Shown here: positions 1 to 7,296 of the stretch, piece by piece
Numbering within the stretch: position 1 is the stretch's first letter
Layout of the letters: the number at the start of each line of letters is the position of its first letter
Virus record (IMG/VR): IMGVR_UViG_3300008050_000034
Reading direction: 5' to 3' (one strand)
Source: an uncultured virus (IMG/VR IMGVR_UViG_3300008050_000034)
Taxonomy: Duplodnaviria > Heunggongvirae > Uroviricota > Caudoviricetes
Length of the DNA stretch: 64,000 bases
Notes under the pieces: generated by a model
What the model saw: the letters and a program-made list of their open reading frames with translations, nothing else
Databases searched by the model: none
What the model was told of the DNA's origin: nothing
Position numbers and translations under genes: made by a program

Positions 1-356
1 ATGCACGCCTTCATCTGATAGTTTCCGCAGTACGGACCCTCCTCGTCGTAGAAGAAGGTCGTATGTGCCCGCGCGACTTCATCGTCGATGGTCGCGTCCA
101 CCGTCTCCGCCCCGAACATACGCTCGAGGTGGCGATTGAGGAGTTCCTCACGCCGTTCCTCGGAAGGAGGCTTGATGCCCTTCCGCTCGCAGTCACGAGC
201 CTCACGATTCAGCTTCGTCTCTACGAACTTCCTCATGAGCTCTGGTGTTCTCGGCTGCGTCCCGAGAACGTCTTCGTTGAACTGAAGTTCCACCAAAAAA
301 TTATTGGTGGATGATGACCGAAGATCGGTCAGATTGTCGATTAGGTTAGTACCCAT
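1..356 (-). CDS. Stand-alone Cas7/RAMP-like protein (3' end truncated by window edge)
   Basis: Hand translation, not in the ORF track: MGTNLIDNLTDLRSSSTNNFLVELQFNEDVLGTQPRTPELMRKF...HTTFFYDEEGPYCGNYQMKAC. AAGGAGGA RBS at 363-370 and promoter motif at 404-429. The pattern resembles the RAMP beta1-G and 'P.I....(I/M)K(G/A)' motifs. Confidence 0.55.
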   Translation of the reverse strand, partial: MGTNLIDNLTDLRSSSTNNFLVELQFNEDVLGTQPRTPELMRKFVETKLNREARDCERKGIKPPSEERREELLNRHLERMFGAETVDATIDDEVARAHTTFFYDEEGPYCGNYQMKAC

Positions 357-403
357 TGTCATTCCTCCTTATGGAATATGCAGGTATTTCTCCTGCATCT
401 CCT

Positions 404-429
404 TTATGCCGGATTTAATGGGGTATTTA
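404..429 (-). promoter_or_regulatory. Recurrent phage promoter motif TAAA-N15-GGCATAA
   Basis: One of about 11 copies upstream of minus-strand units. Confidence 0.7.
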
Positions 430-434
430 ATCGA

Positions 435-656
435 CTACGCAGCTCCAAAGAAGTCATCTTGGCAGCCCTGACACCAGGCCGTTAGCGGGTATTCCTTTCG
501 GGAAGCCTCGTTACGGAACTCCTTAGCGTCACCTCCGCACCTTGCGCACTTATCCTGAGCGAGCGCCTCAGAGCGACTCATCCCGGTCTTCTGAGCGATG
601 TCACCAGAAACCACATCTAGGAGGTCACTGATAGATTTAGCTTTGTTGTCTTCCAT
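435..656 (-). CDS. Small zinc-binding phage protein
   Basis: CxxC...CxxC (CARC, CQGC); GGAG RBS upstream of ATG 656. Confidence 0.7.
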   Translation of the reverse strand: MEDNKAKSISDLLDVVSGDIAQKTGMSRSEALAQDKCARCGGDAKEFRNEASRKEYPLTAWCQGCQDDFFGAA

Positions 657-683
657 GTTTTTGTTCTCCATAGTTGGGGGTTA

Positions 684-714
684 AGAAACAAGCCAGCACG
701 TCTAGCTTGTTTCT
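684..714 (-). terminator. Closing hairpin / probable terminator of the large ncRNA
   Basis: AGAAACAAGCTAG-ACGTG-CTGGCTTGTTTCT, 13-bp stem; the U-tract is short. Confidence 0.6.
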
Positions 715-1310
715 ATCCATGACCCTCGGTCTCCCGAGGTACGCACACCGGCGAACAACGCCGTTCACGGACTTCCTCCCTGTTCTTCCCTTTCGAGACG
801 GAACAGCACGCACTACTGCTGGGACATTCTGTGCTTCCGGACCACAGTTGATCAAACTGGAGTCTTTGACACGGCAACGCTCGACCTCTTGGGAAGGTCT
901 CCTGCTACCCCCTTGCGGGACGATTGTCAGATTGCTCCAACAACCAGAGAGGCTTCTGCCTCCAGCAGTTCCGTTCTATTGACCACTTTCGTGACCAACT
1001 ACCCAAGGTTCATTTTGGGTTATGCCCTGCAACCGTTTCCTCGATGAACGAACAAGTCCGAGGATGCTGTTGGCAGCACTCCGATGGTGGAACATCGGCT
1101 CATGCCTTCAACCACTGGACGGTACTCGGAGTTTCCACGCTCCATAACCCGTCCCCCCTCACTGACTGGGCGGCACGTCGAGTGAACGACGATTTCCCAA
1201 TCGGGGTTTTGACTATCTCCTCATAGAGGAGCCAACGACCCGGCAAGGGTACGAAGGTTTGAGACCCCGTCAACAGGGGGTCACCGCAGGACACAAAGTT
1301 CTACAGCAAT
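684..1310 (-). ncRNA. Large highly structured non-coding RNA (~620 nt), family unknown
   Basis: No convincing ORF; promoter at 1315-1340 and hairpin at 684-714; many stems, GNRA tetraloops (GAAA, GCAA, GAGA), kissing-loop complementarities and long-range helices. Confidence 0.75.
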
Positions 1311-1314
1311 ATAT

Positions 1315-1340
1315 TTATGCCTCAAATGCATAAAAATTTA
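1315..1340 (-). promoter_or_regulatory. Phage promoter motif TAAA-N15-GGCATAA driving the ncRNA
   Basis: Exact match to the recurrent motif, with no RBS/ORF following. Confidence 0.7.
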
Positions 1341-1362
1341 AGAAGCGATAGGGGGCCAGGAA

Positions 1363-1434
1363 CCCCACACATCGCCAACCCCCTGTTTGGTTTACGGTAT
1401 TCCTATGCATACCTGGGGCTGACAACATGTGGGG
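1363..1434 (-). ncRNA. Intergenic structured element (20-bp stem with G-U pairs plus inner hairpin)
   Basis: CCCCACATGTTGTCAGCCCC pairs with GGGGTTGGCGATGTGTGGGG using several G-U pairs that work only on the minus strand; inner GGTAT/ATACC helix. Confidence 0.45.
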
Positions 1435-1447
1435 GAACCTTAGCGTC

Positions 1448-1699
1448 CTAGCTCTCTGCTCGCACCGCCTGAGGGTAGAGTCCCTGGACACGCTCGTCCA
1501 TGGGGCTCAGGGACGTCCACGACCCTTCCTGCCGAAGCAGGTACCAGTCGTTCAGGTAGACGATGTCTCCTTCCTCCACAAGCTCTTCAGCTTGCTCGAG
1601 GACATCTCCGACCGGGTCCTGAAGCCCTGCGGAGAGGAAGGTGGTGAGGTTGTGGGTGTATTGTCCGGCAGGGTCTGCCGTGAATACTCGAATTCGCAT
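1448..1699 (-). CDS. Hypothetical protein
   Basis: AAGGAGGA RBS and upstream promoter motif. Confidence 0.7.
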   Translation of the reverse strand: MRIRVFTADPAGQYTHNLTTFLSAGLQDPVGDVLEQAEELVEEGDIVYLNDWYLLRQEGSWTSLSPMDERVQGLYPQAVRAES

Positions 1700-1744
1700 G
1701 AGTCCTCCTTTGCCGATGCAGGTTCATTTTCTGCATCAAAGTAC

Positions 1745-1770
1745 TTATGCCTTCAAAAGGAGGGGGTTAA
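1745..1770 (-). promoter_or_regulatory. Phage promoter motif TTAA-N15-GGCATAA
   Basis: Recurrent motif. Confidence 0.65.
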
Positions 1771-1816
1771 AGAAGCAGAGGTCCCGATGGACTTGCTTCT
1801 CTCGATCACGAGGACC

Positions 1817-2389
1817 CTACAGGGGCGCTGCTACAGTCCCCCAGGTACTCCAGTACTCCTGGATCTCTCGAGCCTCCTCGACCAGTTGCGCTCGGGTCGC
1901 ATTTGCGTAGGCAGCGTTACCGCCGGCCAGGTTGACCGCGAACCGCCAGGCACCTACGGGGGGCTTGGGCCCCTTGTTGCCGAGGGTGGTCACCCAGCAG
2001 TGGGTGTACCCTGCCTCGCTGAAGGCCGCCTTTTCTTCTTCCGAGGTCTGAGGGTCTGCCAGGAAGGCCTCTGCTGTGTACACGATAGCCGCGACCATGT
2101 CGCACTGACCGAGGTCAGCAGTGTTGCGGTTGATGTACTCAGAGATTTCGCCACGGTGTTCCCGCAGACAGTAATCCCCCACATTGGGGGTACGAAGAGC
2201 GACGCCAGGAAGGACACAGTCCTTGGCGGCCTCAGGCAGGACTACGAATCCCTGTCCGTTCTCAGGGAACTCGAAAGAGGCGACAGCCTCACTCACGATT
2301 CGAGACAGAGTCTCCGGGTCCTTTACGAAAGTCCCGATGGCGGCGGCCGTGAACTGATTCGTTACTATTGGGTGTGCAAAGATGTTCAT
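1817..2389 (-). CDS. Hypothetical protein (possibly distant DUF3228-like)
   Basis: 190 aa, GGAG RBS, upstream promoter; the C-terminal 'IVYTAE...NLAGGN...EYW' pattern is only loosely DUF3228-like. Confidence 0.7.
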   Translation of the reverse strand: MNIFAHPIVTNQFTAAAIGTFVKDPETLSRIVSEAVASFEFPENGQGFVVLPEAAKDCVLPGVALRTPNVGDYCLREHRGEISEYINRNTADLGQCDMVAAIVYTAEAFLADPQTSEEEKAAFSEAGYTHCWVTTLGNKGPKPPVGAWRFAVNLAGGNAAYANATRAQLVEEAREIQEYWSTWGTVAAPL

Positions 2390-2440
2390 GTGGTTTCTCC
2401 TACTGAAGAGAGGTTATTTGAAAGTTCTCCAGTAGTATTT

Positions 2441-2466
2441 TTATGCCCTCCTTTTCCGCTAGATTG
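2441..2466 (-). promoter_or_regulatory. Phage promoter motif CAAT-N15-GGCATAA
   Basis: Recurrent motif. Confidence 0.6.
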
Positions 2467-2516
2467 TATTTATCCAGACATTCCGGTACTTTAGGCACAC
2501 AACCTCCGGAGATCCC

Positions 2517-2750
2517 ATGGCAAAAAAGAAAGAGGAAGGGCCCGTTGAAGCCGAGAAAGTAACTAAGACTAAGGCCTATACGGAAGATCTGGCGAGGGCC
2601 CTAAAGCCCTTCGCCAGAATGTCTCGCCCAGAGGAGGACGATTATCCGGAGGGAGTAATCTGCACCCAAGGCAGCCACTGCATTACCTACGGGGATCTAG
2701 CCCTCGCACGGGAGGTGCTCACCTCTTACATAAAGAGTAAGAAGTCTTAG
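2517..2750 (+). CDS. Hypothetical protein
   Basis: GGAG RBS, 77 aa. Confidence 0.65.
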   Translation: MAKKKEEGPVEAEKVTKTKAYTEDLARALKPFARMSRPEEDDYPEGVICTQGSHCITYGDLALAREVLTSYIKSKKS

Positions 2751-3055
2751 TCCGGCTCTACCCATCGGTAGCCTCGGATGACCTCTACCTTGTAAGTAGT
2801 TACCTCTCCTGCAAACTCTCTAACTTGATCTGCCGAGAGCTCTACCCCCCGTAGCTCCGGAGGAATCTTAAGTGGCACGCTAACAACGCATTCGGCTTCG
2901 GCCGCCAAGTCTAAGGGCAGCACTCCGATGACTCTCTTTCCTCGAACCATTTGAGGAGTCGCATGCTCTGTAAACTCTGTGCCTTCCTCGATCACCTTTA
3001 GTTCGATTAGGTACTCTACGAGACCCGGGTGGCGGGTAATGACTACTGTATCCAT
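2747..3055 (-). CDS. csx16: Csx16-like (Cas_VVA1548) protein, putative cyclic-oligoadenylate ring nuclease
   Basis: Motifs ITRHPGLVEYL, VIGVLPLDLAA and ELRGVELSADQ match the Csx16 signatures (SRHPGA, VIGTLPxHLAA, RGxELSADEL); GAAGGAG RBS. Confidence 0.8.
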   Translation of the reverse strand: MDTVVITRHPGLVEYLIELKVIEEGTEFTEHATPQMVRGKRVIGVLPLDLAAEAECVVSVPLKIPPELRGVELSADQVREFAGEVTTYKVEVIRGYRWVEPD

Positions 3056-3149
3056 AGAAGCTCCTTCAAGCATGTATATAGGGAACTGAAGTTAAAAGGA
3101 AACAATGGTTAGATAACTTAAGGTACGAGGTATATCTTCAAGAGGCAGA

Positions 3150-3335
3150 GTGAAAACAGACCCTGACATATTTGTAGAGGTCGACCAGGAGGTCGACGAA
3201 GAAACCGTTAGAAGGTGGCTACGTCGCGCTCGCCTGGATGATCTCAATATCTTTCACGACCGTAATGAGATGATCGAGGTCTTATGTACGGCTCTTCTTC
3301 GTACTTGGGGTAAAGACCCCTATAAAGAAGGATGA
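3150..3335 (+). CDS. Hypothetical protein
   Basis: GAGG RBS, GTG start. Confidence 0.55.
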   Translation: MKTDPDIFVEVDQEVDEETVRRWLRRARLDDLNIFHDRNEMIEVLCTALLRTWGKDPYKEG

Positions 3336-3451
3336 GGCCCTGCTGCGGGGGAGCAGCAGGACCTCTAATCCTTGAAGGAGGGCCCCAAAGGATGGGGAGG
3401 ATGCGGCCCTCGGATTGTCGGCATCGTACCACAACTATGGACCCATACAAG

Positions 3452-3784
3452 TCACTCGAGTTTGTAGCCTCTGCTCATCCATGCTTCCGGCTTTATATTT
3501 CCCAGCCAGTCGGCGACCGTAGGGATCTTTCCACCGCAGTCTTCTTTTATGTGCTGCTCACAAATATATCGGACATTCACCTTCTTGCCATCAGCGTTTA
3601 GGATTTGATGTCCAAATACTCTCTCCGCTTCAAAGATACCTTGGCTGTGATGCCTAAGGGCCCGATGTCGAAAGTCAGCGAGCATTTCTTTGGAAGCATC
3701 CATCCAATCATGGATCGGAAGGTAGTCCTCAATCTTCCCTCCCCATATACGTACGCTCGTCTTTGCATGATCACACGGATGCAT
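3452..3784 (-). CDS. DUF6915-like protein
   Basis: MHPxxHA...WGG..EDYLPIHDW.D.SK...DFRHRALRHHS.GIF...EQHIKED signature. Confidence 0.75.
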   Translation of the reverse strand: MHPCDHAKTSVRIWGGKIEDYLPIHDWMDASKEMLADFRHRALRHHSQGIFEAERVFGHQILNADGKKVNVRYICEQHIKEDCGGKIPTVADWLGNIKPEAWMSRGYKLE

Positions 3785-4292
3785 CTTTGTTGCCGAAGAC
3801 GTACTCACTGTGATCACTCGAGGTGTAATACTGCTCGTGCTCGCACTTGAGGATCTTCTCCTTTGTCTGGAAGACTACTACGCCTCTTCCCCCATCATTG
3901 TTCTCAAACCCCGGTGCGTGGATCTCTACGATGTCACTCGCAATATCCTCTAGAAGGCTTGTAAGCTCCATCCCCTCTCGGACCCTATCTACCCAGCCTT
4001 CTCCTTCTACGAATACTGCGTAGGTGTCTCTGACGTCCACAATGATGGGCTTCTCTAGCTTGAGCACAGAAAAGTCTCCCGGAGCAGTGTAAGGAGAGCC
4101 CCCCTGGCCTTCCGTATACAGGTCTACTCCATTCATCTGCCCGCTATCTCCGTAGCCGTCATACTCGACCTCTGCAATTAAGCACCCTATCTCTGTCAGG
4201 GTCTCCCATACCTTCTCCAGCTTATTACTAATCTCATCTCTCGTAGCTTCTTTCTTGGCCTTCCACCTGGCCTCCCATTCCGTACTGGTCAT
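3771..4292 (-). CDS. DUF6878-like protein
   Basis: YDGYGDSG and GFENNDGGRG motifs; adjacent to the DUF6915-like gene. Confidence 0.7.
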   Translation of the reverse strand: MTSTEWEARWKAKKEATRDEISNKLEKVWETLTEIGCLIAEVEYDGYGDSGQMNGVDLYTEGQGGSPYTAPGDFSVLKLEKPIIVDVRDTYAVFVEGEGWVDRVREGMELTSLLEDIASDIVEIHAPGFENNDGGRGVVVFQTKEKILKCEHEQYYTSSDHSEYVFGNKDASV

Positions 4293-4328
4293 CGCTTCTT
4301 CCTCGTTTAATGTAAAATATGGCAGGAG

Positions 4329-4366
4329 CTTTCTCGGCTGGGCCTTGCGGGGCCCAGCCGAGAAAG
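4329..4366. repeat. Perfect 16-bp inverted repeat (hairpin)
   Basis: CTTTCTCGGCTGGGCC-TTGCGG-GGCCCAGCCGAGAAAG. Confidence 0.85.
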
Positions 4367-4375
4367 AATACTCAC

Positions 4376-4705
4376 TCACCCCTGTAGAACTCGGATCTTG
4401 TTCCGCAGACGACGAGCAAGCTCGTAGTCGTAGTCCGCCTCCGCATCTACCAGTTCGAGCTTCAGCTCCAGGATCCGGTCTTCGCGAGACCGGTAGGAGC
4501 TTCCTCCGAGAACCCTTCGGTTCTCTCGGTGCATCGTATCGATACGATGCTGCTTGAGGCGAGCCTCATTCCGTCTCAGACGGTCTGCCCGCTCCTCTTC
4601 AGTCTCAGGTTCAAAGTCAGAGCACGCTGCAGCAACGATGCCGAGCGTGAGAGCGCCCAGTAGTCCGGCAACGGCAACGCCGCCTATATCATCAGAACTC
4701 GACAT
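4376..4705 (-). CDS. Membrane-anchored hypothetical protein with coiled coil
   Basis: N-terminal hydrophobic segment; UVR-like C-terminal DYELARRLRNKI; AAGGAGG RBS. Confidence 0.7.
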   Translation of the reverse strand: MSSSDDIGGVAVAGLLGALTLGIVAAACSDFEPETEEERADRLRRNEARLKQHRIDTMHRENRRVLGGSSYRSREDRILELKLELVDAEADYDYELARRLRNKIRVLQG

Positions 4706-4763
4706 GATATTCCTCCTTATGTCGACAAGGCCTCTCCCGTGGTTAGGAGGGTCCTTACTATAT

Positions 4764-4789
4764 TTATGACGACAAAAAGGAGGTTTTTA
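4764..4789 (-). promoter_or_regulatory. Phage promoter motif TAAA-N15-GTCATAA
   Basis: Recurrent motif. Confidence 0.65.
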
Positions 4790-4790
4790 G

Positions 4791-5012
4791 ATGAGTGAGG
4801 AAGAGTGCTATACTCCGGTCATGGAGACGCCGATGGATTACACATTCATTTTTGAGCGACTTAACGAAGAGCGCGGACGCTCAGAAGAACGCCCGCGCCT
4901 ACAGATCCCCGTACAAGAAGAACGCCCCTGCGATACTAAGAATCCTCCTCAGGATCAAGAAGCAGAAGAAGGCGTCGTACTCCCAAGCGGGATTGTGAAC
5001 TTCGTAGTCTAG
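4791..5012 (+). CDS. Hypothetical protein
   Basis: AAGGAGG RBS. Confidence 0.65.
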   Translation: MSEEECYTPVMETPMDYTFIFERLNEERGRSEERPRLQIPVQEERPCDTKNPPQDQEAEEGVVLPSGIVNFVV

Positions 5013-5015
5013 CTC

Positions 5016-5381
5016 TTATACGGACTTAATGGCGCTCGTTAGCAAGGCGGCCAGGATGGGACCCATCGTATCGCCTAGCTTAACGAACCAATTTCTGACC
5101 TCGTTCTTGTTAGTGAACTCGTCAGACTGAAGTTTCGCCAGCAAGTCACTAGAGGCACGTAAGCTAAGTCCCGACAGGTCTGGAGTCTCTCCAGACATGG
5201 CCTTATCGAGAGCCTCCCAGGCCATATCCACGCCGGTAGCGCCGTTCTTCTCTACGAAGTCAGCGGCAATCCCAAGGGCCAGTTGCTGCCACGCCTCGTC
5301 TGCCTCAATGTTTCCGAGGGCATCGGCCAGAGCCTTGGACCCCTCTTCTCCTAGAGTTGCTACGATTTGATCCATACTCAT
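5016..5381 (-). CDS. Hypothetical protein
   Basis: Translationally coupled to the upstream lipoprotein gene. Confidence 0.7.
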   Translation of the reverse strand: MSMDQIVATLGEEGSKALADALGNIEADEAWQQLALGIAADFVEKNGATGVDMAWEALDKAMSGETPDLSGLSLRASSDLLAKLQSDEFTNKNEVRNWFVKLGDTMGPILAALLTSAIKSV

Positions 5382-5797
5382 TACTCACCTCCTTCGCCGC
5401 AAAGCGAATCTAGTGATGGAATCTCAGGAGCAGCTTCGGGGTTGAACCCCTCTGGGAGGTTCTTCACTTCGGAAGGATCCCATCCTGCGTTTACCAAAGA
5501 CATAGCAGAATGCCATGCCCACCGGTTACTGCTGACGATCAGGTATACGTCTGCGGCATCGGCGCACTGCTCGTCAGTCAGCCCACTCTCAGGTGCAGCG
5601 GACCACTTGGCGGAGGCGTTGCACTCACACTTGCCGGCCCACAAGGTGTGGATGGCATCGGCGGCTGATCGCACAAGCTTATCGGTGAATTCTACTTCTG
5701 TCTGATAGACTTGGTGATTGCGTACAACATATTTATTACATCCGACTGTGGCGAATAAGCACGCCAAAGCCAGGGAGATAGGTACTATTTTGTTCAT
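5381..5797 (-). CDS. Putative lipoprotein
   Basis: Signal peptide ending in a lipobox-like TVGC. Confidence 0.65.
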   Translation of the reverse strand: MNKIVPISLALACLFATVGCNKYVVRNHQVYQTEVEFTDKLVRSAADAIHTLWAGKCECNASAKWSAAPESGLTDEQCADAADVYLIVSSNRWAWHSAMSLVNAGWDPSEVKNLPEGFNPEAAPEIPSLDSLCGEGGE

Positions 5798-5891
5798 ATC
5801 TGTTCCTATTCTTTTTGTTCTGTAGATCGGCCCGACTACCTATCGAGGCTCGAAGAGATTATCATGCCTGGTAAGTGATAGGTACACTACT

Positions 5892-6242
5892 ATGTACACA
5901 TACAAAGCAGAAATAATCTCCGTCTACGATGGAGATACCGTAACCGCTCTAATCGATCTAGGCTTTACTGTCTCCGTAACAGTGAAATTACGTCTGTATG
6001 GAGTGAACACCCCAGAGATCAGGACCAGGGACGTCGCGGAGAAGAAGGCTGGATATGTCGCACGGGACTTTGTGCGGGAGAGGATATTAGGGAAAACTGT
6101 TCAAGTGAGGACCCATAAGAAGGGGAAATACGGCAGATGGGTGTCTACTATATGGGAGGTAGTAAACGGCACTGTCCTAGATCAGAGCCTAAATGATAAG
6201 CTGATAGAAGAAGGAATGGCCGTGGAGTACTTAAAGGACTGA
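5892..6242 (+). CDS. Thermonuclease (SNase-like) family protein
   Basis: VYDGDT, RLYGVNTPE and KGKYGR motifs. Confidence 0.9.
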   Translation: MYTYKAEIISVYDGDTVTALIDLGFTVSVTVKLRLYGVNTPEIRTRDVAEKKAGYVARDFVRERILGKTVQVRTHKKGKYGRWVSTIWEVVNGTVLDQSLNDKLIEEGMAVEYLKD

Positions 6243-6560
6243 ATGATGGCGAGATGCGGGAGGTGTGGACTATTTGCGAAGTATCCAGATAACCACCATG
6301 AAAAGAAGTGGGCAGGCACCTGTACCTGGTATCAGCACCAACTGACCAGTGACGAGCTGTGGGAGTCCCGAGAGTGCAAAGACTTCTTCGAGAAGATCCC
6401 AGGGTTCCACATCATGGACCACTTCGACTATAAACTAAAGAGAGATAACATCGGAGACGCATACACAGAAGCTAAAAGGAGCAAGCGCATCGCATATATT
6501 GCTCTAGGCATAACCCTAATAGAGTTTGCTTGGTCAATGCTCGATAAATTTGGAGGGTGA
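6243..6560 (+). CDS. Cys-containing hypothetical protein with C-terminal TM helix
   Basis: CxxC, hydrophobic C-terminus. Confidence 0.65.
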   Translation: MMARCGRCGLFAKYPDNHHEKKWAGTCTWYQHQLTSDELWESRECKDFFEKIPGFHIMDHFDYKLKRDNIGDAYTEAKRSKRIAYIALGITLIEFAWSMLDKFGG

Positions 6561-6563
6561 GTC

Positions 6564-6980
6564 ATGCCAGACGCACTCATCTCCCAGCTCCTAGACTTTG
6601 GTGCTTTGGGAATCTTCGCCGGATTTTTAATCTGGCAACACCTTGGAATGCAGAAGAGGCTGGACGCCTTGGTAGAGCGCTTTCAAGGACAACTAGATAA
6701 GATAAACGCAGATTATGATGGCCGAATAGAAGTAATGCGGGAACGGTATGACGTCGTTATTGGCGGTATCCGTTCCGAAGCTTCTGATGCCCAGAAGGAT
6801 TTTCTTCTCATAAGGGAGAAAATACATGACGATCTTGTTGATAAGATCGACGATAATTCTCGGAAGTTAGATTCGGCCCTGAAGAAGATAGAGACGGGAC
6901 TAAAGGAAATGCGAGAGCATTACGTGTCTGTCGAAATCGAGAAGAAGGCGAGAGAGATTGCCTCCAAGGACGTGCCCTAG
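6564..6980 (+). CDS. Single-TM coiled-coil protein (BhlA/UviB holin-like)
   Basis: FGALGIFAGFLIW TM segment followed by coiled coil. Confidence 0.45.
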   Translation: MPDALISQLLDFGALGIFAGFLIWQHLGMQKRLDALVERFQGQLDKINADYDGRIEVMRERYDVVIGGIRSEASDAQKDFLLIREKIHDDLVDKIDDNSRKLDSALKKIETGLKEMREHYVSVEIEKKAREIASKDVP

Positions 6981-7249
6981 TGGGAGAAGCGAGAAAGATG
7001 AAGCCGCCTACACAGGCGTGCATCGATGCGGTTAAGAGCCTCACGGAGCACCATCAAGGAGATAGTGCCGCGTACTACTCACTGGATGGGGAGTCAGCGG
7101 TACTAGTCATTAATGACGAGGAGGCGCTGTCCGCAGTCGTCCATATCCTTCAGATGGTAATGGGCGGAGAGGAAGTTCCTCTTGAGTCTTCGGACGCAGA
7201 GGAGATTCTCGCTATGATGCTAATGCCTAGTGAGCCGATAGAAGCCTAA
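6980..7249 (+). CDS. Hypothetical protein
   Basis: Operon continuity. Confidence 0.6.
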   Translation: MGEARKMKPPTQACIDAVKSLTEHHQGDSAAYYSLDGESAVLVINDEEALSAVVHILQMVMGGEEVPLESSDAEEILAMMLMPSEPIEA

Positions 7250-7296
7250 AAGGAAGACCAGGTGGGTATGCCTGATCTCCTTCCTGTCCAGAGTTG

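Noticed and set aside
11..314. Track ORFs 11-205, 63-314 and 88-285
   Set aside because: Shadows of the true minus-strand gene starting at 356, which has an RBS and promoter.
637..1294. Short ORFs (637-855, 674-982, 924-1226, 1100-1294)
   Set aside because: No RBS, atypical composition and mutually overlapping; the region is better explained as structured RNA.
684..1310. RNase P RNA, tmRNA or group I/II intron identity for the large RNA
   Set aside because: GAGGAAGTCC appears only near the 3' end, without the other RNase P motifs; there are no tRNA-like ends or tag ORF, no clear domain V, and no interrupted host gene. Not excluded without a covariance-model search.
1427..2494. 355-aa + strand ORF
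   Set aside because: Antisense shadow of two minus-strand genes that have RBSs and promoters; no recognisable motifs.
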